Part shown: positions 9,069 to 17,423 of the stretch, piece by piece
Layout: each line of letters opens with the position of its first letter
Numbering within the stretch: position 1 is the stretch's first letter
From: Candidatus Gastranaerophilales bacterium
Lineage (GTDB): Bacteria > Cyanobacteriota > Vampirovibrionia > Gastranaerophilales > Gastranaerophilaceae
Assembly: GCA_944325185.1 (NCBI GenBank)
Contig: CALUZA010000059.1
Location: 6,140 to 70,139, forward strand
Direction: 5' to 3'
Length of the DNA stretch: 64,000 bases
Notes under the pieces: generated by a model
What the model saw: only the letters and a program-made list of their open reading frames with translations
Told to the model about the DNA's origin: nothing
The model's database searches: none
Position numbers and translations under genes: made by a program

Positions 9069-9266
9069 ATGTCAAACTGGCTACCCTTATCAAGAAATAC
9101 AAAACCTGAAACAACAGGAACTATGGGTCTAAAATCATACAGAATGAACACTTTCAAAAATACAACACAAACCACCACCCCTTCAACAGAAACAACAGGC
9201 TCAATAGCATCTTTAACACCTGCATCAACTCCAACTTCTTCAACAGGTTTCTGTGCAGTGGCATAA
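9069..9266 (+). CDS. small Thr/Ser/Pro-rich peptide (65 aa) ending ...SSTGFCAVA
   Basis: Strong SD AAAGGAGA lies 6 nt before the ATG. Two tandem extended -10-like motifs TGATATAAA occur at 9032-9040 and 9043-9051. The peptide has no hydrophobic signal sequence. Confidence 0.45.
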   Translation: MSNWLPLSRNTKPETTGTMGLKSYRMNTFKNTTQTTTPSTETTGSIASLTPASTPTSSTGFCAVA

Positions 9267-9292
9267 AAAATAAAACAATAGAGGACAACGAG

Positions 9293-9433
9293 ATGACAGA
9301 AGGAAAACTAACCAATTTTTTACTTGGTGCGCTAGTGTTAATTTCTTGCACAATGTTAATATGGACAATGAATTATATTTCAACATCAAGACCAACACAG
9401 ACACCAACTGCAATTTCCGCTTTTAATGCATAA
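9293..9433 (+). CDS. small single-TM peptide (46 aa), own ORF call
   Basis: Translation: MTEGKLTNFLLGALVLISCTMLIWTMNYISTSRPTQTPTAISAFNA*. It starts 26 nt after the previous stop, is preceded by AGAGGA, and has a PT-rich tail like its neighbour. It is below the ORF-track length cut-off. Confidence 0.35.
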   Translation: MTEGKLTNFLLGALVLISCTMLIWTMNYISTSRPTQTPTAISAFNA

Positions 9434-9460
9434 AGGCAAGCTACTAGACTAAATGAGGAT

Positions 9461-9494
9461 AAAAAAGACTTGATAAATATTCAAGTCTTTTTTT
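9461..9494. terminator. bidirectional rho-independent terminator
   Basis: Stem AAGACTTGA (9465-9473) / TCAAGTCTT (9481-9489), flanked by an A-run and a T-run. It sits between convergent genes. Confidence 0.6.
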
Positions 9495-10107
9495 ATTTTA
9501 TCTTTCTTGATAACATCATCCCTGCGCCTATTTCTAGTATTTGCGACTGATAATTTGAATTTTCAAATAACGTATTAACATAAGGAAGAGTTTTTTCATA
9601 ATGAGTTAGTATATTATCAGCAAGAATTACGCCCTTTGGTTTTAAAATTCTATCTACAATCTTAAAATAATCAATATATTCCTTTTTGTTTGCATCAATA
9701 AAAACAAAATCAAATTTTTCTCTTTTTGATTTAATTATTTCTTCCTCTAAATCCTGAAGAACAATATAAGCTGAGCCAATTTTTGCCTCAAAAGCTGCAT
9801 CTTTACAGCAAAGTTTAAAATTTTCTCTTGCCACACTTTGTCTTTTTTCCCAAAATTCAATTGTGGTTAATTTTCCTTTTGTTTCTTCAAGTGCTTTTAA
9901 AATCCAAATTCCACTATATCCGTTTGAAGTACCAATTTCTAAAACATTCTTTGAATTATTCATTTTTATCAACATATTCAAGAAATTAGCACTTGCTCTA
10001 TCCAAATTCCAAAACTCGCATCTTGTCTTTTCAAGGGAAGAAAGAACTTCTTCAATATCTTCGCTGAAATAAATCGAATTAACTTTTTTTATATCGCAAA
10101 CATCCAT
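9493..10107 (-). CDS. class I SAM-dependent O-methyltransferase (caffeoyl-CoA OMT-like family)
   Basis: VLEIGTSNGYSGIW SAM-binding motif I and FDFVFIDANKKEY, typical of the Methyltransf_3 family. Confidence 0.8.
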   Translation of the reverse strand: MDVCDIKKVNSIYFSEDIEEVLSSLEKTRCEFWNLDRASANFLNMLIKMNNSKNVLEIGTSNGYSGIWILKALEETKGKLTTIEFWEKRQSVARENFKLCCKDAAFEAKIGSAYIVLQDLEEEIIKSKREKFDFVFIDANKKEYIDYFKIVDRILKPKGVILADNILTHYEKTLPYVNTLFENSNYQSQILEIGAGMMLSRKIK

Positions 10108-10110
10108 AGT

Positions 10111-11565
10111 TTATAATTTTTGAACCTTATCTATAATTATTATATTTGCAACATCTATATAAGATTCTTGTTTTTTAACTATTTGCATTTTATCCAAACT
10201 ATACAGTAAATAGTTTTTAGCATTTATTCCAGTTATCAAAATATTATTTTCATTCGGAATTAATGTAATTTTTGAATAAAATCCGTCTTTTGAAAGCTGT
10301 TCTCTTGATACAACCTTTCCTTCAACAGTATCAAAAATATCCATATAGCCTTCCTTTGAACACAAAATAAATAATTTAGTGCCAAACATTATAGCGTCAG
10401 TTGGTTTTTTATCTAATTCAACCGTATTTAGCAATTTCCCTTGAACTTTGTCGTATACATAAAGTTGATCTTGAGTTCTTGAAATAGCATAAATATTTGC
10501 TACATCAGCAGCTATTTTTGAAACATTATTAACAACCCCCATTGGTTGAACAACAAAATCATCTCCGTTTCTTGTTACATTGAATATTTTTTGAGAAAAT
10601 TCATCATAAAAAGCAATTGAATCATCAATTTCACAATATACTATCTTAGAAGGCTTTTGATCAACTCTAACAACTTTAACCAAGGCCATAGAATCTAAAC
10701 TAATTACATATATAGAATTTGCATTTTGACTTGTTACATAAGCAAGATTTTCCTTTTTGTTGTATGCAACATCGGTTGCATTTGCATCGATAGGTATTGT
10801 TGCAATAACTCTCTCGTCTTTTAAATCAATAATTTCAAGATTTTTACCACTCCAATATAAAACAAGCGCAACTTTTGTCTTTTCCGAAGTTAAAATTTTC
10901 AAAGGCATTGAAGTTAATTTAAGCTCATACAAAGGATTCTGACTTGTATTATCATAAACCTCTAAAAACTTTGAATTTCTCGGATTAATAAATGTTTTTT
11001 TGTTTTTAAAATCTACCGTAGGAACAAATTCATTTCTCTTAACCACAGGGTTATAAGGGCTTTTTGCTTTTTCTTTTTCGGATGGATTTAAAGCAAGCGT
11101 GTTTTCTTCCTTAGAAGGAATTAAAAGATCACCCAGTGTAAGTTTCAAACTTTCCGGAATTTTTAAACCGGCAGGAGTCAACATATCCTGAGGCATTAAT
11201 CCCAGTCTTACTTTTATAGGTAAATCGTCTTTTTTTGTTAAAGTATAGTTCCCATCTTTATCTTTAAAAACCTTCAATAAAGAATATCCGTTGTTCAATA
11301 AAACAACTTCAGGAAGAGCACTTAGTGATTTTTCGGGATAAGAATACTCAATTGAAATCTTATCTACAGTTTTACCCGAAGGAGGATACAAGGGTATATA
11401 CATTACATCATCCGTAATTGTTATTACACTGTCAAATCTTTGTTTTGCAGAGGGGATTTGTGATTTCACAAAATTCCAGACATCATTTGGCAACTTTGAT
11501 GCAAAAACAGGATTTGAAAATGCAAAAACCAAAAATAAATATGCAATGTATCTTTTTATATTCAT
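10111..11565 (-). CDS. secreted beta-propeller repeat protein (YVTN-like)
   Basis: Signal peptide ...FSNPVFA/SK. The C-terminal half has repeated ...AYVTSQNANSIYVISLD...-type blades. Confidence 0.6.
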   Translation of the reverse strand: MNIKRYIAYLFLVFAFSNPVFASKLPNDVWNFVKSQIPSAKQRFDSVITITDDVMYIPLYPPSGKTVDKISIEYSYPEKSLSALPEVVLLNNGYSLLKVFKDKDGNYTLTKKDDLPIKVRLGLMPQDMLTPAGLKIPESLKLTLGDLLIPSKEENTLALNPSEKEKAKSPYNPVVKRNEFVPTVDFKNKKTFINPRNSKFLEVYDNTSQNPLYELKLTSMPLKILTSEKTKVALVLYWSGKNLEIIDLKDERVIATIPIDANATDVAYNKKENLAYVTSQNANSIYVISLDSMALVKVVRVDQKPSKIVYCEIDDSIAFYDEFSQKIFNVTRNGDDFVVQPMGVVNNVSKIAADVANIYAISRTQDQLYVYDKVQGKLLNTVELDKKPTDAIMFGTKLFILCSKEGYMDIFDTVEGKVVSREQLSKDGFYSKITLIPNENNILITGINAKNYLLYSLDKMQIVKKQESYIDVANIIIIDKVQKL

Positions 11566-11585
11566 AATAACCCCTTTGTATTTGG

Positions 11586-12710
11586 CTATTTACCAAGTGC
11601 GGACTTCATTCTATCCAAAAGCCCCGTCTGTTCCTTAGAAATATTATACAATTCTCTGTATAAACTTTCTTCACGACTTGATAATTTCTTCGGAATATTT
11701 ACTTTTATTGTAACGTAATGGTTGCCTTTTTGCGACTCGCTTCCAAGATAAGGAACACCTTGTCCTTTTAGAGTAATTCTATCTCCATTTTGAATACCTG
11801 CAGGAATTTTTGCCAAAACCTCACCATGAATCGTTTTAACTGAAATATCATCACCTAAAACTGCTTGCGGAGTAGTAATTTCTAATTCTGTATATATATC
11901 AAATCCATGTCTTGTAAATTCTTTGGATGATTTTACATATACAACCACATACAAATCCCCCGGGCGACCACCATTCCTTCCCGCGTTTCCTTCATGGGCA
12001 ACGCGCATTTTAGAACCGGATTCAATGCCTTTTGGAATTTTTATAGTCAATTTTTTCTCTTTTGCAATAGTCCCTTCGCCATTACAAACCTTACAAAATG
12101 CTTTAGGATTTTTACCTGTCCCATGGCAATTAGGACAAGTTGTAACGGATGTAAAAGATCCCAATATTGTCTGGGTGCTTTTTTGTATCCTTCCTTGCCC
12201 ATGACACATAGGACAAACAGTATCTTTTGCATTTTTATCTATACCTGTAGAATTACAAGCTTCACACGGTTCAAGATGTTTAATTTTAATTTCTTTTTCT
12301 AATCCAAAACATGCTTCTAAAAAATCTATTTCTATATCAAGTCTTAAGTCTTCACCATCAACCGGAGCATTAGGATTTCTTTCATACCCCCTTGAAAAAC
12401 CGCCAAAACCGCCAAAAAACGAAGAAAATATATCTGATAAATCAATATCATCCATACTAAATGAATGAGGATTAAATCCGGCATTAGAAAGCCCTTCTTC
12501 ACCGTATCTATCGTATATTTGTCTTTTATTATCATCAGATAACGTTTCGTACGCTTTTCCGATTTCCTTGAATTTATCCGCCGCATCTGGCGCTTTATTA
12601 ACATCAGGGTGATATTTTCTTGCTAATGTTCGAAATGCCTTTTTTAAATCATCTTTTGTCGCATTTCTGTCTACACCCAATATTTCATAATAATCCATTG
12701 TACTATTCAT
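11586..12710 (-). CDS. dnaJ: molecular chaperone DnaJ
   Basis: DYYEILGV...[16 protein letters not shown]-domain, a G/F region, and four CxxCxGxG zinc-finger repeats. The tracked ORF extends to 12731. ATG 12710 overlaps the grpE stop, and ATG 12698 is another option. Confidence 0.9.
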   Translation of the reverse strand: MNSTMDYYEILGVDRNATKDDLKKAFRTLARKYHPDVNKAPDAADKFKEIGKAYETLSDDNKRQIYDRYGEEGLSNAGFNPHSFSMDDIDLSDIFSSFFGGFGGFSRGYERNPNAPVDGEDLRLDIEIDFLEACFGLEKEIKIKHLEPCEACNSTGIDKNAKDTVCPMCHGQGRIQKSTQTILGSFTSVTTCPNCHGTGKNPKAFCKVCNGEGTIAKEKKLTIKIPKGIESGSKMRVAHEGNAGRNGGRPGDLYVVVYVKSSKEFTRHGFDIYTELEITTPQAVLGDDISVKTIHGEVLAKIPAGIQNGDRITLKGQGVPYLGSESQKGNHYVTIKVNIPKKLSSREESLYRELYNISKEQTGLLDRMKSALGK

Positions 12711-13293
12711 TTTCCTTCTTCTTTGCAACACCCACCAAGGCAGGTCTTAAAACTTTATCAGCTAATTTGTAACCTTTTTGAGCAACTACAGCAACGTGAT
12801 CTTCCTCATATTCATCTGTTGGAACTTGCGTAATTGCTTCATGCTCATTAGGATTAAATTCTTTTCCCAATGCTTCAATTTCTTCCATTCCCACTTTTTT
12901 TAAAGTATCCAACAGCTGTTTATATGCAACTTCATAGCTTTCTTTTACTGTTGTACAATTATCAATTTCTTTCAAACTATCTTTTGCTCTATCAAAAGTA
13001 TCCAATACTGAAATTATTTTCGTTAAAACATCTGCCGCAGCATATTTTAAAAGCTCTTGGCGTTCATTTGCCATTCTTTTTCTGAAATTATCAAAATCTG
13101 CAGCAAGTCTTAAATATTTGTTATTCAAATCTTCATATTTTTGTTCAAAATCTTCTAACTGAGTTTCTTGTTGCTTTTCTTCAGTAACATCAGATGAATC
13201 TTCTTCGGGAGTTTCATCTTTTTCTTGAGTTTCTTCAACGTTTTCTATATTTTCTTCTTCATCATGGAAAGGATTTTTTTTATTATCTTCCAT
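12703..13293 (-). CDS. grpE: nucleotide exchange factor GrpE
   Basis: Acidic N-terminus and [16 protein letters not shown] motif, with C-terminal beta domain ...NPNEHEAI...V..GY.L..KVLRPA.V.VA. SD AAGGAGG lies upstream. Confidence 0.9.
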   Translation of the reverse strand: MEDNKKNPFHDEEENIENVEETQEKDETPEEDSSDVTEEKQQETQLEDFEQKYEDLNNKYLRLAADFDNFRKRMANERQELLKYAAADVLTKIISVLDTFDRAKDSLKEIDNCTTVKESYEVAYKQLLDTLKKVGMEEIEALGKEFNPNEHEAITQVPTDEYEEDHVAVVAQKGYKLADKVLRPALVGVAKKKENE

Positions 13294-13328
13294 AATTTCC
13301 TCCTTTTTTGAAAATTTAATCTAGTAAT

Positions 13329-13366
13329 ATTATAGAATATGAATAAACAATGTCGAGTACTCGACA
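13329..13366 (-). promoter_or_regulatory. grpE-dnaJ promoter with an overlapping perfect 16-bp palindromic operator
   Basis: On the minus strand: TCGACA (-35, + coordinates 13351-13356), 16-nt spacer, TATAAT (-10, 13329-13334). The palindrome TGTCGAGTACTCGACA (13351-13366) covers the -35. Confidence 0.45.
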
Positions 13367-13384
13367 GAAGTAATTTCAAAAAAC

Positions 13385-13408
13385 AAAAAGGCGCACATTG
13401 GCGCCTTC
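13385..13408 (-). terminator. rho-independent terminator after sepF
   Basis: Minus strand reads GAAGGCGCCAATGTGCGCCTTTTTGTTTTTTG. This is a GC-rich 7-bp stem followed by a T-run. Confidence 0.6.
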
Positions 13409-13457
13409 ATCAATTATATTAACTCTCTTTTATTCCGTAATGCTATTTATCCTTCAC

Positions 13458-13955
13458 TTAGGCTTTTGTCCACATAGCATCAGAACTTAATTTTGAATTT
13501 ACAAACTCTTGAGAAATATTTATATTAGACGGAGTAAAGATGAATACATTTTCACCGATTTTTCTTTGAGAACCTTCAAGAGCATGTGTGCAACCACATA
13601 AAAAGTCAACTATACGTTGTGATTGTTCTCTATCTAAAAGTTGTAAATTTAAAATAACAGTCTTTCTTTCTTTTAATGCTTCAACAATTGTAATTGATTC
13701 ATTATATGCTTTTGGCTCTATTACAACAACTTCATAAGCACCTGCTTTTGGTTGCGGTAAAACTCTCAGATTTGCTCTGTTTTTTCTGATAGGATTAGTT
13801 TCTGTGAAACTTGGTTGCAATGCTGCATTTCTATCAGTAGGATATTCGGAATCATATCCGTTTTCAATCTCATCTTCATAAGCATCTTCGCCCATAGGAT
13901 TTAAAGAATCCGTTAAAGCTCCGATAATTTCCTTAATTTTTTCTGAAAGTGCCAT
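13458..13955 (-). CDS. sepF: cell division protein SepF
   Basis: C-terminal DUF552 core: VVVIEPKAYNESITIVEALKERKTVILNLQLLDREQSQRIVDFLCGCTHALEGSQRKIGENVFIFTP. Confidence 0.85.
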   Translation of the reverse strand: MALSEKIKEIIGALTDSLNPMGEDAYEDEIENGYDSEYPTDRNAALQPSFTETNPIRKNRANLRVLPQPKAGAYEVVVIEPKAYNESITIVEALKERKTVILNLQLLDREQSQRIVDFLCGCTHALEGSQRKIGENVFIFTPSNINISQEFVNSKLSSDAMWTKA

Positions 13956-13970
13956 CTTTTCTCCTTTTAA

Positions 13971-14609
13971 TTATTCAAATAAAATTCTGCCTAATCTAAT
14001 CATTGTTGCACCGTTTTCAACGGCAATTTTGTAATCATGACTCATTCCCATGGATAATTCTTGCAAATTAAAATGTTCTTTTAATTTATGCATATCCGAA
14101 AAAAGTCTTTGAAGTTCATTAATATCATCCGTCAGAGGTGCTATGTTCATTAAACCTACTAACTCGACATTTTTCATCTGTGAAACTTCTTCGATTAAAT
14201 TTTCAATTTGCTCAGGACAAACCCCAAACTTTTGAGGCTCATAAGCATTATTGACTTGAATTAAAATCTTCTGAACAATGCCTTTTTTATTTGCCTCCAG
14301 ATTGATACACTGTGCGATTTTCAGACTATCCACCGAATGGATATAATCAAAAAAACCGACAACATATTTTACCTTATTCGTTTGTAAATGTCCTATAAAA
14401 TGATATATCGATTGACCTCTGGTTGTATCATCTATATTATTGATTTTTTCGATACTTTCCTGCGCCCTGCTTTCTGCAAAATCTCTTAATCCTGCATTAA
14501 AGGCTTCCATCATCCTATCTATACCATAATATTTCGTGACTGCGATAATCCTAGGATTATACTTTTCTATATCTTTTAAAACTTTGTTCAGATTTTCTCT
14601 TACCGTCAT
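13971..14609 (-). CDS. yggS: YggS-family pyridoxal-phosphate homeostasis protein
   Basis: IIAVTKY (PLP Lys), FAESRAQE, HFIGHLQTNKVKY, SVDS. The tracked ORF runs to TTG 14648. The ATG at 14609 (MTVRENL...) gives the canonical N-terminus, and ATG 14645 is also possible. Confidence 0.8.
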   Translation of the reverse strand: MTVRENLNKVLKDIEKYNPRIIAVTKYYGIDRMMEAFNAGLRDFAESRAQESIEKINNIDDTTRGQSIYHFIGHLQTNKVKYVVGFFDYIHSVDSLKIAQCINLEANKKGIVQKILIQVNNAYEPQKFGVCPEQIENLIEEVSQMKNVELVGLMNIAPLTDDINELQRLFSDMHKLKEHFNLQELSMGMSHDYKIAVENGATMIRLGRILFE

Positions 14610-14868
14610 TTTAAAAGCCTTAATAATACTCCCAATTATTCGCATCAAGGAAGCATTAACGCCCCTTCTTTTTAATTATAAAATATTGTTTTTAACTTGC
14701 AAAAAATTAATTTCAAACGATTTTTAAAGATTTAAAATCATGCCAAAATCATGTCATGGTGCATGTTTCGACATGATTAAATTTCCGTAATATTTCTTAA
14801 TATCAAAAAATTTAAGGTAATATTGGCATGCTTCTATGGTAACATTTTATTAAGAAAAGGAATTTAAA

Positions 14869-15339
14869 ATGGAAAACAATACACCAATAGAATGGAATGA
14901 ATATTTTTTAGAAATAGCTCAAACCGTTGCTAAACGTTCAAATTGTATAAGAGCACAAGTCGGAGCAGTTATTGTAGGTCCCGATAAAAAAATAAAAGCC
15001 ACAGGATATAATGGCGTACCGTCAAAAGTTGTTTCTTGTCTGGAACTTGGCGAATGCTACAGAATAAAAAACAATATCCCCTCAGGAACTCGTTATGAAA
15101 CCTGCAGAAGTATACATGCGGAACAAAATGCAATTATCCAAGCAGGACAGGACAGATGTCAAAAAGGTACAATGTATATTTGGGGCCACAACATGATTTG
15201 CATTTTGTGCAAAAGATTTATTGTTCAATCAGGAATTGAAACGGTATATTTAAGAAAAGACAATTTTTCGCCCATAGAAAAAGTAACCGTAGAAGAACTT
15301 AAACAAGAACTTACAAATGATGCTATGGTTATGCTATAG
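14869..15339 (+). CDS. deoxycytidylate (dCMP) deaminase / ComEB family
   Basis: HAEQNAI zinc/catalytic motif plus the C..C pair (CILCKRF). SD AAAGGA lies upstream. Confidence 0.85.
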   Translation: MENNTPIEWNEYFLEIAQTVAKRSNCIRAQVGAVIVGPDKKIKATGYNGVPSKVVSCLELGECYRIKNNIPSGTRYETCRSIHAEQNAIIQAGQDRCQKGTMYIWGHNMICILCKRFIVQSGIETVYLRKDNFSPIEKVTVEELKQELTNDAMVML

Positions 15340-15393
15340 AGTTATCGACTAATATCTTTTCTAATATAAAAACCAAGTAGGAATTAATATATA

Positions 15394-16167
15394 ATGTATT
15401 TTATGAAAAGCAAAATTATATGTAGTATTGCAATTTTAGGACTATTAAGTTTTGTATTTTGTCAGAATGCAAAAACAGAACCCAATTTTGATTATAAAAT
15501 ATACGCACCTGAAAATATTACAGGAGTGAGCCAAAGTGTTGCAAAAGCACAAAAAGACTCGCAGATTATCTTTATTGTCGACTTTTCAAATTCCATGAAC
15601 GACACAATAGACGGCAAAACCAAAATTGAAATGGCAAGAAATACTCTGGCTGAAATATTGCCCAAAATTCCTGCTAATGTAAAAACAGGACTAAGAGTAT
15701 ATGGACATAAAGCCGGATTTACATACCTTCAGGGCTGTCAGGCCTCAAGTTTAACCGTACCATTAGGCACAAGAAATTATCAAGATATTTTAACCAGCCT
15801 TTATAGAACAAATGCAACAGGCTGGACACCTATTACATATTCTCTAAAACAAGCTATAAACAATGATTTTATAGGCACTACAGGTAAAAAACATATAATT
15901 TTATTAACGGACGGCGGAGAAAATTGCGATGAAAGCCCTTGTACATACGTTATAAACCTCATGAAAACAAGGGATGATGTCAAAATTGATGTCATTGCGT
16001 TTGATATACACGATATCGAAGCAAATAACCAGCTAAGATGTACCGCACTTATGACAAGCGGAAAATTTTTAAGCGCACAAAATGAACAAGATTTATCAAA
16101 TTCACTCTTTGAAACAGTAGGAATTAACAAAGATGTCAGAGGAAGCATTAAAATTCCAAAAGAATAA
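15394..16167 (+). CDS. secreted von Willebrand factor A domain protein
   Basis: Signal peptide, MIDAS DxSxS (IVDFSNSM), and GWTPI and LLTDGGEN motifs. Confidence 0.75.
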   Translation: MYFMKSKIICSIAILGLLSFVFCQNAKTEPNFDYKIYAPENITGVSQSVAKAQKDSQIIFIVDFSNSMNDTIDGKTKIEMARNTLAEILPKIPANVKTGLRVYGHKAGFTYLQGCQASSLTVPLGTRNYQDILTSLYRTNATGWTPITYSLKQAINNDFIGTTGKKHIILLTDGGENCDESPCTYVINLMKTRDDVKIDVIAFDIHDIEANNQLRCTALMTSGKFLSAQNEQDLSNSLFETVGINKDVRGSIKIPKE

Positions 16168-16189
16168 TTTAGCTTAAAATAAAATTTTT

Positions 16190-16204
16190 TGCTAAAATTT
16201 CCTT
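16190..16204 (+). promoter_or_regulatory. extended -10 promoter placed for a leaderless transcript
   Basis: TGCTAAAAT (16190-16198) ends 6 nt before ATG 16205. There is no SD. Confidence 0.35.
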
Positions 16205-16978
16205 ATGACAAAAGAAAATATAAAAATCAGCGCAATAATTAAAACATACAACTCCGAAAAAACTTTGTGCGAAGTACTCGAAGCAATAAAAGATTGGGCA
16301 GAAATCATTATTATAGATTTTCATTCAAATGATGACACTATCGACATTGCAAAAGAGTACAAAGCAAAAATAATTTATGCCGACAGAGGAGATTTTTCAA
16401 CTGCTTTTAATAATGCAGTTGAAGAAGCATCTTGTGAGTGGATTTTTATTCTTGAAGATGACGAAATCATTCCTCAAAAGCTACTTTTTGAACTTGAAGA
16501 ATATATTGAAAAACCAAAGAAAAATAAATTTGCACTAACTTTGAGCAAAAAAATATTTTACTCAAATAAAGAAATCAAAGCAGCAAGAATTAGAGAAGAC
16601 TTATGTTTCTTTAAAAAAGGGGCAGCAATTCCCAAAGAAGATTGTAGCGAAGATTTTAAAGTAATTTCAGGAAAAGTTCACAAACTCAACAAAAACTTTA
16701 AAATAAAAAATGCAAGCAAATTAAAATATTCCAAAAATAGTATTTCAAAAAAATTAAATTGCATACTACAAAAAAATAAAATACTTATAAAAAATAAAAA
16801 TTTAAAACAGCCGTCGCTTTTCATTAAACCTTTATTTACATTTTTGTATTGGTATTTTATAAAAAGAGCTTTTCTGAGCGGAAAAACAGGTTATATTTTT
16901 TCAATAGAAAAAGCTTTAGAAAAATATATTTTAGAATTGTTAATATTCGAAAAAACGGAGAACGACTATGATATTTGA
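16205..16978 (+). CDS. family 2 glycosyltransferase
   Basis: ISAIIKTYNSEKTL...IIIDFHSNDDT...ILEDDE (GT-A fold with DxD-like motif). Confidence 0.75.
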   Translation: MTKENIKISAIIKTYNSEKTLCEVLEAIKDWAEIIIIDFHSNDDTIDIAKEYKAKIIYADRGDFSTAFNNAVEEASCEWIFILEDDEIIPQKLLFELEEYIEKPKKNKFALTLSKKIFYSNKEIKAARIREDLCFFKKGAAIPKEDCSEDFKVISGKVHKLNKNFKIKNASKLKYSKNSISKKLNCILQKNKILIKNKNLKQPSLFIKPLFTFLYWYFIKRAFLSGKTGYIFSIEKALEKYILELLIFEKTENDYDI

Positions 16979-17423
16979 CAGATTAAACAACTCAAAACAA
17001 TACTACAAACTAAATGAAAGACTTGAAAAAGGTTTTGAATTCATCTTAAACAACGATTTAAGCTCCTTAAAAGAAGGCAGATACGAAATCGATGGAAACG
17101 ATATTTACGCAAACGTTCAAACCCTCACAACCAAGGAAAAATCCGAACAAAAATGGGAAGTTCACAGAAAATATATCGACATTCAATATGTTATTAAAGG
17201 CGAAGAATGTATGGGGTATGGCATTTTAGAAGACTTCAAAAACGTAGCCGAAAAATATGATGAAACTAAAGACGTTGAATTCCTAAAAGGGGAAACTTAC
17301 AACTATATAAACGTTAAAGAAGGTGATTTTGTTATATTTTATCCGCAAGACGTTCATGCACCTATGTTAAGTGTTAAAAAACCTGAAAACATAAAAAAAG
17401 TAATTGTAAAAATTGCCCTATAG
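16968..17423 (+). CDS. YhcH/YjgK/YiaL (EbgC-like, DUF386) family protein
   Basis: G.YEIDG.DIYANVQ...T......WE.HRKYIDIQYVI.GEE pattern. Overlaps the upstream GT2 gene by 11 nt. Confidence 0.75.
   Translation: MIFDRLNNSKQYYKLNERLEKGFEFILNNDLSSLKEGRYEIDGNDIYANVQTLTTKEKSEQKWEVHRKYIDIQYVIKGEECMGYGILEDFKNVAEKYDETKDVEFLKGETYNYINVKEGDFVIFYPQDVHAPMLSVKKPENIKKVIVKIAL

Noticed and set aside
8972-9351. Minus-strand ORFs 8972-9178 and 9154-9351 (68 and 65 aa).
   Set aside because: They have no SD and are hydrophobic, low-complexity translations. They lie antisense to plus-strand ORFs that have a strong SD, promoter-like motifs and a terminator.
11923-12604. Four overlapping ORFs (61-102 aa) within dnaJ on both strands.
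   Set aside because: They lie entirely inside the clearly identified dnaJ reading frame and are alternative-frame artefacts.
13294-13457. A CIRCE/HrcA operator upstream of grpE.
   Set aside because: The palindrome present (TGTCGAGTACTCGACA) has neither the CIRCE half-sites TTAGCACTC/GAGTGCTAA nor the 9-nt spacer. It is reported instead as an unclassified operator.
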